DNA of 36,987 nt from Octopus bimaculoides (GCF_001194135.2 NC_068984.1:7952925-7989911); one strand, 5' to 3'. Shown: positions 22,850 through 33,099, counted from the first letter of the stretch. Notes: a model not told the origin generated them from the letters alone. Made by a program: numbers and translations.

Positions 22850-23880
22850 TTTTTTTTCTTCTTTCTTCAAATTTTCTTCTATTTCTCGCCGAGTGTTTTC
22901 CGTACACCTAGGGCAGAGAAACTCGTTATATGCATTCCCAGTTTACACACGCAAATTCACAGGTAAAACATGTATTTAAGAAAAAAAAAATTCATGAATG
23001 GATGTTGTTTTCACAGCGATAATGCTCTTCTCAGTACATGAGTCGTTCCAGTTAGTACGATTTTTTGCACTTCCTGTAGGGATGGTAAGCCTGGTATCAT
23101 TTTCAAATAGGTTTCAGTACCTTTTTTTCATCATTCCTAGAGATGATACAACCACTGGTATGGTAGTCGCCTTGAGGTGCCACATTTTTTCAATTTCCAT
23201 TAGCAAGTCATTATATTTACTGATCTTGTCAAATTCTTTCGCCGCTATATTATGATCGCAAGGAATACTCATATCAATTAATAAACACTTCTTCTTTGTC
23301 TGATCTTTTNNNNNNNNNNNNNNNNNNNNNNNNNNNNNNNNNNNNNNNNNNNNNNNNNNNNNNNNNNNNNNNNNNNNNNNNNNNNNNNNNNNNNNNNNNN
23401 NNNNNNNNNNNNNNNNNNNNNNNNNNNNNNNNNNNNNNNNNNNNNNNNNNNNNNNNNNNNNNNNNNNNNNNNNNNNNNNNNNNNNNNNNNNNNNNNNNNN
23501 NNNNNNNNNNNNNNNNNNNNNNNNNNNNNNNNNNNNNNNNNNNNNNNNNNNNNNNNNNNNNNGTCCAGTGTAAATACTGGCCAACTCTGTCATGTCTTGC
23601 TTTATATTCTACAGATGCTAAGACTCTACACCCTGAGATTAGGTGGTCTATAATTTCAATCGCATCGTTACAAAATCAGCATTTTGGGTCAGCTCCATTT
23701 TTTATCACATTAGCTTGGTAGTTCCGGGTTAATAAGCTTTGGTCTTGAGCAGCCAATATGAAATCTTCACTCTCTGCTTTTAGCCCTGAACTTCGTAACC
23801 ACTGATGCGTGCGTTTCTGGTCGACATCAGCTTGTTTGCTACGAGCCACATACTTGCCATGCAGAGGTTTCTGTTCCCAT
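22850..23880 (-). mobile_element. R4/Dong-like LINE fragment (post-RT, CCHC, RLE, 3'UTR), lineage F4, spanning a gap
   Basis: WEQKPLHGKYVARSKQADVDQKRTHQWLRSSGLKAESEDFILAAQDQSLLTRNYQ..KC*FCNDAIEIIDHLISGC..RHDRVGQYLHW; CLLIDMSIPCDHNIAAKEFDK. Confidence 0.93.
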
Positions 23881-23893
23881 TATTATTATTATT

Positions 23894-23952
<59 letters not shown>

Positions 23953-23957
23953 TATTA

Positions 23958-24280
23958 TTTCTGATATAGGAACAATTTCCGGAATTTTGCGAAAATCGCT
24001 TACATCAACCTCATTGTTCAGCTTGTTCTTCTTCTACCGTCCCCGAAAGAACGAAAGACAAAGTTTTCCTCGGCGGAAATTGAACCCAGGACGTGAAGGG
24101 TCTGACTAAATTTTGCTAAGCATCTTATCCAACTTACTAACGATTCTGCCAGCTCGACGTTTTTAGAATCCCAATAATAATTCTTTCGAATTTTGGTACA
24201 AGACTAGCAATGTTTGAGAGAAGGGGAAAATCAATTAAATAGACCCTTGTGCTCGATTGGTGCTTATTTCATCGACTGTC
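23958..24280 (-). mobile_element. Two adjacent decayed SINE family A pieces (23958-24158 and 24183-24280)
   Basis: cctcggcggaaattgaacccaggacg..ctaacgattctgccagctcg (head on minus strand); the second piece is tail only. Confidence 0.75.
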
Positions 24281-24284
24281 CTAT

Positions 24285-25237
24285 TTATTTGCACTGATTT
24301 CTCAGCAGCATGCTTTTAATACACTTTTCTAAAATTTTGACATTTTAAAACTTTAAATGTTGCAAATATTTCGAAGACCGCACATGTGAAAGGTTTCAAG
24401 TTTCTTTATATGTCAGCAGTAAGGAGTACATGCTTCTGTCCCATTAAAAAGAAACTGCTCAGAAAAGTAGCTCATTATAGTTTTCATTCTACAAACGTAT
24501 CCCATTCCACAAATGATGAAGTAGTTTTCTAAAAGCATTTTGTAGCCTTAAAAATTCCCGCATTGATTTCGTCATCAAGAATACGCTTGAAGTTTAATCT
24601 ACTTCCAAGATATTTAAATGTCCTGACCCATTTGAGAGGCCTATTTTCAATCACCACATTTGAATCTTGTGTATCTTCCGTTCCAGGCTTTAATTTGAAT
24701 AAAACTTCAACCTTCTTGGTGCTGATAGTCAATTGAAATGCACGTGCTGCCACAGAAAACCTGTTGACCATTTCCTGAATTCCATCAAATGTATGAGAAA
24801 TCAAGACGCTATCAGCAGCAAACAGAACATCACATAGAATTTCTTCCTTGGTCTTTTACTTTGATCTGAAACTTTACCATTTTAGGTTTCGCGAACCTCG
24901 TTCTGTGCGTAACTGGAATTTTACACATTCATGGTAAATCCTAAAAGCATGTTGGAACATCTTTGAGAAGAATATGGAAAAAAATACAGAAACTAAAACA
25001 CATCCCTGCTTGGTCCCAGTGTCAGCAGAAAATGCCTCTGAACATTGACTGTGAGATATCACTGTGGCCATCATTCCTTTTTGTGCACAGATACTATTAC
25101 CCTTATCATGTTATCAGGAAGACTAGCTTTTGGCAAATTTTCCAGAGCGCCTCACGATTCACTGTATCAAAGGCCTTGGTCATGTCGACAAAGACCACAT
25201 ACAAGATAGTATTTTGTCCACGTGCTTTAAAAGTGGT

Positions 25238-25238
<1 letters not shown>
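24285..25238 (-). mobile_element. RTE-clade (BovB-like) LINE reverse transcriptase remnant
   Basis: VFVDMTKAFDTVNREALWK; GTKQGCVLVSVFF; DVLFAADS; QEMVNRFSVAARAFQLTISTKKVEVL..FKYLGS..LDDEINAGIFKA; HIKKLETFHMCGLRNI. Confidence 0.88.
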
Positions 25239-25335
<97 letters not shown>

Positions 25336-25350
25336 CATTATTATTATAAT
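25239..25350. repeat. (TAA)n directly joined to (TTA)n (inverted microsatellite)
   Basis: Direct reading; switch near 25290. Confidence 0.97.
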
Positions 25351-25357
25351 TATAACA

Positions 25358-26297
25358 AATAAGCTACAGTGAGTTTACAAGTGATTCGAATGGCAGGACA
25401 GATACAGAAGATCGGTGGCTAAGGATGAGGAGGAACATTAAGACAGAAGTACGTATATACGCAGCACAAGAACATGTGCTAAAGACTAACTGTGTGAAGT
25501 GTAGAANNNNNNNNNNNNNNNNNNNNNNNNNNNNNNNNNNNNNNNNNNNNNNNNNNNNNNNNNNNNNNNNNNNNNNNNNNNNNNNNNNNNNNNNNNNNNN
25601 NNNNNNNNNNNNNNNNNNNNNNNNNNNNNNNNNNNNNNNNNNNNNNNNNNNNNNNNNNNNNNNNNNNNNNNNNNNNNNNNNNNNNNNNNNNNNNNNNNNN
25701 NNNNNNNNNNNNNNNNNNNNNNNNNNNNNNNNNNNNNNGGCAAGAATGATCGTTTGGGAGTTCTGTGGAAACCGCGGCCTGCGAAGAGCAAATATGTGAT
25801 ATGAGTAAATCCCAAAAGGAGTCACCGAGAAGGAGGATTGAAAAATCTTATGGGATGCAATGATTTAGTACGAACACCTGATCACACACAGGAAACTGAA
25901 TATTGTTGTAGTGGATAAAAAAGAAAGAACTTGCATTATAATCGACATAGCATGTCCCGGTTATAACAGGGACAATGTGAAAGAAGGGAAACTGAACAAC
26001 TACGAATATTTGAAGTGGGATATACGAAGGTTGTGGTCAATGAAGAGAGTAGACGTGATACCAATAGTAATTGGCGGCCTTGGAGGTACCAGGACTCAAC
26101 TACCAACATCGCTCAAAAAGATTGGTACAAATGTAAAAGTAGAACACGTAAAAATATCAGCATTGCTTGGAACTGCAAGAATTATTTGCGGCGTTCTTGA
26201 AGCATGACCAGTAAACAAGTGTCACCTTAGTCTGCTGGCTGTGGACAGCTGACACTTTCCGTCATACCCAGCAAAATGAGCTGTAAGTTTTCATCAA
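25358..26297 (+). mobile_element. R4/Dong-like LINE fragment (post-RT, RLE, 3'UTR), lineage F6, spanning a gap
   Basis: IYAAQEHVLKTN; KILWDAMI; NIVVVDKKERTCIIIDIACPG..YEYLKWDIRRLW..ALLGTARIICGVLEA*; ends in (TAA)n. Confidence 0.9.
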
Positions 26298-26306
26298 ATA
26301 ATAATG

Positions 26307-26351
<45 letters not shown>

Positions 26352-26359
26352 TATGATAC

Positions 26360-27575
26360 TCTAAAAATGAGTATAATCAAAAAAACTGAAAACCACAGAT
26401 CTCAGTATGGACCACCGATTGTACCTCTTAAAAATTAATATTGATAATGAAACAAAATCGATAATAAATAAGATGAACCTGGCCGACGCAACACAAATGG
26501 CCACAGAAACAAATGTCAATATGACAAGGTTAAATGATATAATATATGCAGCAGTGTCTGAAGCCACAAAAGAAGATGTATACCCGCTAAAACCCATCGA
26601 AACAGGAGTATCACCACTCAAAAAAAAAACCGTGTGGATAAATAATATCTAGAAAGCAATAGAAAATAAAAGAAATGACCTGTCAACCCTTAATAAACTA
26701 GTAGACAAACAACACTACTGAGCAATAAGAAGAGGAGAAAAATACTACGTAAAAATATTACAGCACAAGGTATACCTGAGGTAAAAGAACAGCCAAAGCA
26801 AGATATCCTCGCCAAATCACAAAGAATCCGCCGGTGTGAGAAACACCAGAATTTCTTTGAACAGAAGAAATAATTCAACTCCAACCTCTAACGATTCTAC
26901 CAAGAACTTGGCAAAAATAGAATAGTAGTTAATGTAGCACCAGCAGCAGAAGTGGAAGAATTTTGGAAAGAAATATGATCCTCGAAGATCTATCAAAATA
27001 AGAAACACAGCTCCTTAACAAGTCTGGACTCCTATAACAACTGAAGAGGTTACCCACACACGGCAAATACTAAACAACTGGAAGGCATCCGGACACGACA
27101 AGATACTCAATTTCTGGTTAAAATATCTAACAGGGATACATAAAACGCTGGCTGAGAAATTTAATGAAATACTAGCAGAGTCAGAGACGATGCCCGAATG
27201 GCTCACGGAAGCGAAAACTATCTTAATTACTAAATCCACTGAAACCCACAAACTTACTGACCGATAGATTATCTCCCTATAATTTGCAAAATCTTTACTA
27301 TGATAATATCGTAGATGATAGGTAAATATCTGGAAAACAACAGCCTGTTTCCAGAAGAGCAGATGGGATGCTGCAAAGGCTCATATGACTGTAAAAATCA
27401 TCTTATGATCAATGAAGCCATTACTGAAGACATCCGAAGAAGGAATAAGAGTCTAAATATAGCTTGGATCGATTATTGAAAGGTTTTTGATAGCATTCCC
27501 CACACATGGATCCTAAAAACACTAGTCATGAACAAGGCAGCACAAATAATCATAAACTATATAAAACAATCCAAT
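26360..27575 (+). mobile_element. R4/Dong-like LINE fragment: N-terminal linker and RT subdomains 0-3
   Basis: RLNDIIYAAV; SQRIRRCEK..RFYQEL; NWKASGHDKILNFWLKYL; PEWLTEAKTILI; EEQMGCCKGSYDCKNHLMINEAI; LNIAWIDY*KVFDSIPHTWILKTL. Confidence 0.9.
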
Positions 27576-27577
27576 TC

Positions 27578-27702
27578 GTGCACGCATAGTTATGATGAAT
27601 GTGCTTGGTGTACCTGTATCGGACGGTTAGTTGTGATGGGTATAGTGGGCTTCGTATGTTTTACTGCAGTGTACTTTCATGGCATGCTCTGCTCTCTCAC
27701 TC
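27578..27702 (+). mobile_element. 3' fragment of an unclassified ~560-bp (TAA)n-associated dispersed element
   Basis: Homologous to about 28150-28278 and 30100-30229; ends ctgctctctcactc. Confidence 0.8.
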
Positions 27703-27718
27703 AAAAATGATAATAATA

Positions 27719-28278
27719 AATATCCTGATGCAGTACCAGACACTGACTCTCATGGCATTTGATCTTAACTGATTGGAAGTGTTATCATGTACATGTTTTG
27801 TCTGGGGTTAAAAGATGGGCTACAGCAAATATTCTGCTTAATACCACAGATTTGCTTGTCGGTTGTTTGACCTTAACCAGTTGAGCATGTCCCTTGGTGG
27901 CTGACGATATGTGCATCTCTGATCGTGAGCAGAAGTAGTGGGGGAGCATCATAGCCATGTGTTGAGAGGAATTCTTTGGGGTCTGAATAATTCACCTCTG
28001 GAAACATGAGTTTTTCGATCAACATCCTTAAAAAAACCTTATTCATGGACCTTTTGAGCGGGATGGGCTACTCGACCTGAAGAAAATTCTAACTGGGCCC
28101 CACCTGCAAGGAACACGCTCTCTATCTTAATATGAGATCACCATGTCGCGCACATATAGTTGCGATGCATGTGCCTGGTGTACCCTTATCAGACGGGTAG
28201 TCATGATGGGTACCCTGGGCTTCGTATATTTTACATTCGTATAGTGACATTTTCATGACATGTACTGCTCTGTCATTC
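27719..28278 (+). mobile_element. Unclassified ~560-bp non-coding dispersed element flanked by (TAA)n
   Basis: Four homologous copies lie between 27.5 and 30.3 kb. No ORF, no TIR and no clear B-box. Orientation is assumed from the (TAA)n side and from truncation at the other end. Confidence 0.75.
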
Positions 28279-28374
<96 letters not shown>

Positions 28375-28521
28375 AAGAAGAAGAAGAAAAAAAGAAGAAA
28401 AAGGGAAAAGAAAAAAGAACAAGAACAAGAACAAGGACAAGAAAGAAGAAGAAGAAAAAAGAAGAAAAAGATGAAGAAGAACAACAATAACTACAACAGC
28501 AGCAACTACAACAACAGCAAC
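28279..28521. repeat. (TAA)n-(GAA)n-(CAA) compound microsatellite
   Basis: Direct reading. Confidence 0.96.
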
Positions 28522-29357
28522 AATGAAGATTTCATCTTGGTTGCTGAAGATCTGAGTTTATTGCCCTGGAACTATCAAGCCTATGTGATGAAAAATGGAG
28601 TAGACCCAAAGTGCCGATACTGCAACGATTGTATTGAAACAGTGATTCACCTGATCTTTGGGTGTAAATTTATACTCCTGTAGAGTATAAATCAAGACAT
28701 GACAGAGTTGGCCAAAATCTATACTTGATAATATGCTGGCATTATAAAATTATAACGGCTGACAAGTAGTACAAGCACCATCCTGAGGCTGGAACTGAGG
28801 GAGAAAATGTAACGATCTTTTGGACATTCCTGTATATACAGACCGGACTATGAAAGCTAATAAACCAGATATTGTTGTGAAAGACCAAAACAACAAAGTC
28901 TGTTTATTGAGTGGCATGAGCATAACTTGTGACCATAATATCTCGGCAAAAGAATTTGATAAGCTCAGAAAATATAAAGATTTGCTAATCGAAATCGAAA
29001 AAGATGTGGCATCTCAAGACGGTTACAATACCAGTGATTGAAGGAATGATCAAAAAAGGAACTGGAAATTATTTGAGAATGATCTCTGGCTTACCATCCA
29101 TGCAGGAAGTGCAAAAGATAGTCTTAACTGGTACGTCACACGTATTGCGAAGAACATTTTCGTTGTCGAATTTCTTCCCCACCCTGCTTTGTTTTCTTTT
29201 TACCAGTTTTTCATTTTTCTTTTTTATCTATCGCATGACTTTGAAATTAACAATCTGGTGTGTTTATTTTAGTGGCCTACTAATGTATACAGTGAATTTC
29301 TCTGTCCTAGGTATCAGGAAGACACTCGGCAAGAAATGGACACAACTGAAAGATTAT
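28522..29357 (+). mobile_element. R4/Dong-like LINE fragment (CCHC, RLE, 3'UTR), F4-like
   Basis: KCRYCNDCIETVIHLIFGC; ANKPDIVVKDQNNKVCLL..KEFDKLRKYKDLLIEIEK; QEVQKIVLTGTSHVLRR. Confidence 0.93.
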
Positions 29358-29367
29358 AACAACAACA

Positions 29368-29435
<68 letters not shown>

Positions 29436-29436
<1 letters not shown>

Positions 29437-29492
29437 GTAGTGAACAGCTGGCACCATAGTACATCTCGAGCGTTAGAAGCCGTGCAAAGACA
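29436..29492 (+). mobile_element. Minimal 3' terminus of Dong-like lineage F7 embedded in (TAA)n
   Basis: gtagtgaacagctggcaccatagtacatctcgagcgttagaagccgtgcaaa matches 30718-30773. Confidence 0.8.
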
Positions 29493-29506
29493 ATAAATAA
29501 TAATAA

Positions 29507-29719
29507 TCTTTTCTACTCTGGGCACAAGGCCCGAAAATTTTGGGGAGGGGACCAGTCAATTAGATCCACCCAAGTACGCAAATGGTACTTAATTTATCGA
29601 CCCCGTAAGGATAAAAGGCAAAGTCAACCTAGGAGGAATTTGAACTCAGGACGTTAAGACAGACGAAATGCTGGTAAGCATTTCGCCCGGCGTGCTAATG
29701 TTTCTGACAGTTCTCCGCC
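29507..29719 (-). mobile_element. tRNA-derived SINE family A (OK-like), full length
   Basis: Head ggcggagaactgtcagaaacattagcacgccgggcgaaatgctt..gagttcaaattcctcc; tail ggccttgtgcccagagtagaaaaga. Confidence 0.93.
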
Positions 29720-29726
29720 ATATATA

Positions 29727-29774
<48 letters not shown>

Positions 29775-30229
29775 GAGTGAGAGAGCAGTGCATGCCATCA
29801 AAGCGACACTGGGGTACAAATATACGAAGCCCAGTATACCCATCATGCCTACCAGCCAGGTAAGGGTTCACCGGGCACATGTATCACAACCATATGTGCA
29901 CGACATGGTGATCTCATATCAAAATAAACAGAGCATGACCTTGCAGATGGGGGCCTAGTTAGAATTTTCTTCAGCTCGAGTAGACCATCCCGCTCAAAAT
30001 AGACCTTTTTGAGCGGGATGGTCTACTGACCCGAAGAAAATTCTAACTGGGCCCCATCTGCAAGGTCATTCGCTGTTTATCTTGATATGAGATCACCATG
30101 TCGTGCACATATGGTTGTGGTGCATGTGCCCGGTGAACCCTTACCTGGCTGGTAGGCATGATGGGTATACTGGGCTTCGTATATTTGTACCCCAGTGTCA
30201 CTTTGATGGTATGCACTGCTCTCTCACTC
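29775..30229. repeat. 455-bp inverted repeat: two opposed 3' portions of the ~560-bp element
   Basis: Arms 29775-29999 and 30007-30229, about 95% identical by manual comparison, with 7-nt spacer tagacct. (TTA)n on the left and (TAA)n on the right. Confidence 0.95.
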
Positions 30230-30273
30230 AATAATAATAATAATAATAATAATGATAATAATAATAATGATAA

Positions 30274-30773
30274 GCAAAAAGTTGGTACGACCACAAACCT
30301 GAAGGCATCGTCGAAAATTGAAATGCAAAGATCCTATGGAATTTTATGATTCAGTGCGTCCATGAGATAGAGAATAGGAAGCCGGACATAGTCTTAATTG
30401 AGAAAGAAAACAAACTAAGCTGGATCATAGATACAGCATGCCCAGCTGACAACAAGGTATGCGATAAGGAAGAAAGAAAAGTCGATAGACATGACAGGTT
30501 AGCTTGGGAAGCTAAGCAGTTGTGGTCGAGGAAAAAGGTAGCAATAGTACAAATAATTGTCGGAGCCCTGGGAACAGTGAGAAAAAATCTCGAAAAGTAT
30601 GCGGATCAAATAGGGGCTGCAATAAGGGTGGAGCACTTGCAGAAAACAGCACTGCTTGGAACCGCTCGAATACTCCGGAAGGTGCTCGAAAAATAAGAGG
30701 TGTTACTTTAGTTCACTAGTAGTGAACAGCTGACATTGTAGTACATCTCCAGCCTTAGAAGCTGTGCAACAGC
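30274..30773 (+). mobile_element. R4/Dong-like 3' fragment (RLE plus 3'UTR), lineage F7
   Basis: MIQCVHEIENRKPDIVLIEKENKLSWIIDTACPADNKVCDKEERKVDRHDRL..LQKTALLGTARILRKVLEK*; (TAA)n on both flanks. Confidence 0.93.
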
Positions 30774-30831
<58 letters not shown>

Positions 30832-30833
<2 letters not shown>

Positions 30834-31250
30834 TGACATGAGTATTCCTTGCGATCATAATATAGCGGCGAAAGAATTTGACAAGATCAGTAAATGTAAA
30901 GACTTGCTAATAGAAATTGAAAAAATGTGGCATCTCAAGGCGACTACCTTACCACTCATTATAGGATCTCTAGGAATGATAAAAAAAAAAAGGTACTGAA
31001 ACCTATTTGAAAATGATACCAGGCTTACCATCCCTACAGGAAGTGCAAAAAATCGTGTTAACTGGAACAACTCATGTACTGAGAAGAGCATGAATTTATT
31101 TATTTATTATTATTTTTTTAAATACATATTTTACCTGTGAATTTGCGTGTGTAAACTGGGAATGCATACAATGAGTTTCTCTGTCCTAGGTGTACGGAAA
31201 ACCCTCGGCGAGAAATGGAAGAAAATTTGAAGAAAGAAGAAAAACACAAA
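30832..31250 (+). mobile_element. R4/Dong-like 3' fragment, lineage F4
   Basis: IDMSIPCDHNIAAKEFDKISKCKDLLIEIEKMWHLK; nearly identical to the reverse complement of 22850-23280. (TAA)n on both flanks. Confidence 0.93.
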
Positions 31251-31662
31251 ATAATAATAATGATGAGAATAATAGATTATTCTGTTCGACTTTGATGTAG
31301 CCTTAGTTATTTTACATGACAATGATATGCAATTTTTTAAAGAGGTTTGTGCTCAGACTATGTGTCACAAACGAAATTCATAAGAATATTTAGTCGAACT
31401 ATAAGTGTTCTATTTTGTTGCAATTACAGACAGAATCTTATTAAAAGTGTGAGTGAATCTTTAGAGAATTGGATGAATTGCTTAGCTTAAGAATCTTTTT
31501 TTGATGGAGATTATTTTAACGATAATTTTTGTTTTTGTCGTAGCTTTGTTTAACGATGAGTAACAACATTTCTTTATGAATTAGTCAGAGAAAGGAGCCA
31601 CCATCCACAATATTTTCACATATTCCCAGGTCAGTGAGATTTTCGTAGCTAATACTGCCCAC

Positions 31663-31930
31663 GGGCATATAATCTAATGGTTAATAGCGCGGGAAACTAA
31701 CCCCAAGATTGTGAGTTAAATTCCAGGTTGTGCTTTGAATAAATAATAATAATAATGATGATGATGATGATGATGATGATGATATCATCAAAAAATACCT
31801 CAGGAATGAGAACCCAGGGCTGGGTTTAAAGTCCTACCGGGACACCTGATGAAGGCTGGAGAGTAAATCAACCGAAACGTTGTGGCAACAACAAACAAGA
31901 TGACGACACTTTAACGTTCAATGTAAATAA
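31663..31930 (+). mobile_element. tRNA-headed SINE family C with an internal microsatellite and a hammerhead-containing tail
   Basis: Head gggcatataatctaatggttaatagcgcgggaaactaaccccaagattgtgagttaaattcc (degenerate A/B boxes), then (TAA)(TGA)n at 31738-31783, then a body containing CTGATGA..GAAAC. Confidence 0.7.
31841..31886 (+). ncRNA. Minimal type I hammerhead ribozyme-like motif (Penelope-type), probably decayed
   Basis: GACAC-CTGATGA-A-GGCTG-gagagtaaat-CAACC-GAAA-CG-TT-GTGGC. Core CUGAUGA/GAAA is intact; stem II pairs 4/5; stem I pairs 4/5; stem III is the palindromic CG; cleavage triplet GUU. Confidence 0.65.
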
Positions 31931-32319
31931 TCGTAGCTAATGTTGAACCTGAATAGTGTATGCCACTGTATGTAGGACAAACGTGGCAGTGCAAGAAACA
32001 GTGGTATAGATCGAAGGCTTTGAGCAGAGTGAATTCCACTTAAAAAGCATCTAAGGGACAGATGAGGCTGTTAAACTGCGGGGATTGTAAGGACTTATTC
32101 TCAGAAATAGTTGTTGTAGTTATTGGTACATGTTTACCTTTAAACAGTATGTCTCTCTGTTTTTGATTGATTTTTTTTAGGCGACTTGACTATCAGATGT
32201 CATTATTCATTGGTGCATTTTACATCAAATGTAGAATGTGAGGAAAATGGGACAGAATTAATAATTGTTATGAAAGAGTGCATTTGGGATGTTATTGAAG
32301 TTTGTGTATTCAAAGTGAT

Positions 32320-32530
32320 AGAAAAGTGGTCCGAACATAAACCCGAAGCTACGATGGTGAATAATAATTGCAGGAATTTATGAGATTTCTCCGACCAGAT
32401 TGATCATTCCACAGAAGCAAAGAAACGAAATATTATCGTAAGATGATAGAAAGAACAAACATACGATAATTAAGATTATTGATATCGTTCTTCCATATAT
32501 TCGGTGAACATCATTCAAAAGTTTGAGCAG
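32320..32530 (+). mobile_element. Very old R4/Dong-like RLE remnant
   Basis: EKWSEHKPEATMVNNNCRNL*DFSDQIDHSTEAKKRNIIV..IIDIVLP resembles 'W.EH.PE..ILWDF..D..I.A.RPDI.V..IID'. Confidence 0.6.
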
Positions 32531-33099
32531 ACTTTCCAATCGCAATATTCCAGACATGCAATGTACTCTGGTCTCCTATCGCACTCATATTTTTACGATG
32601 GACATTTTCATCTTTTGGGTTTTCGGTTTTAAAATAGAAGCAAAATATCAAACACACTTTGAAACCTAATTCAATGCACATGAAAAAACGCTAAGTGAAA
32701 AAATCATGTGGTGAATTACGAGATTATTTTAAATATCAGGTCATTGACTCGTATTTGGATAACACTCATTCGTTCATTGAAACTGAAAAACATCTATCAT
32801 TTTATGAACAGGAAGATCGGCAAGAAAACAGTGGCAAGCCGTAACTAACTAAACACTATATAGTGTTTCTAGATAGAAACATTGTATGTCATTTTTACCC
32901 CAAAAACTGCCGATTTATTTCATATTCTTATTATTCGCACGGCAAAGAATTTTAGCAAACATTTGCATTTATATACAAACTAGGTCATACCACATTGATT
33001 TAATGAAACAAAACTTATTTCCTCAATCAAAAGATTAAATAGAAGTAATTTTTGCAACCATTATAATTTATATTTTCTCCATAATATAGAAGCAAGGGT

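Noticed and set aside
27900-27940. CTGACGA motif inside the 560-bp element
   Set aside because: No downstream GAAA after a closable stem II; not a canonical hammerhead.
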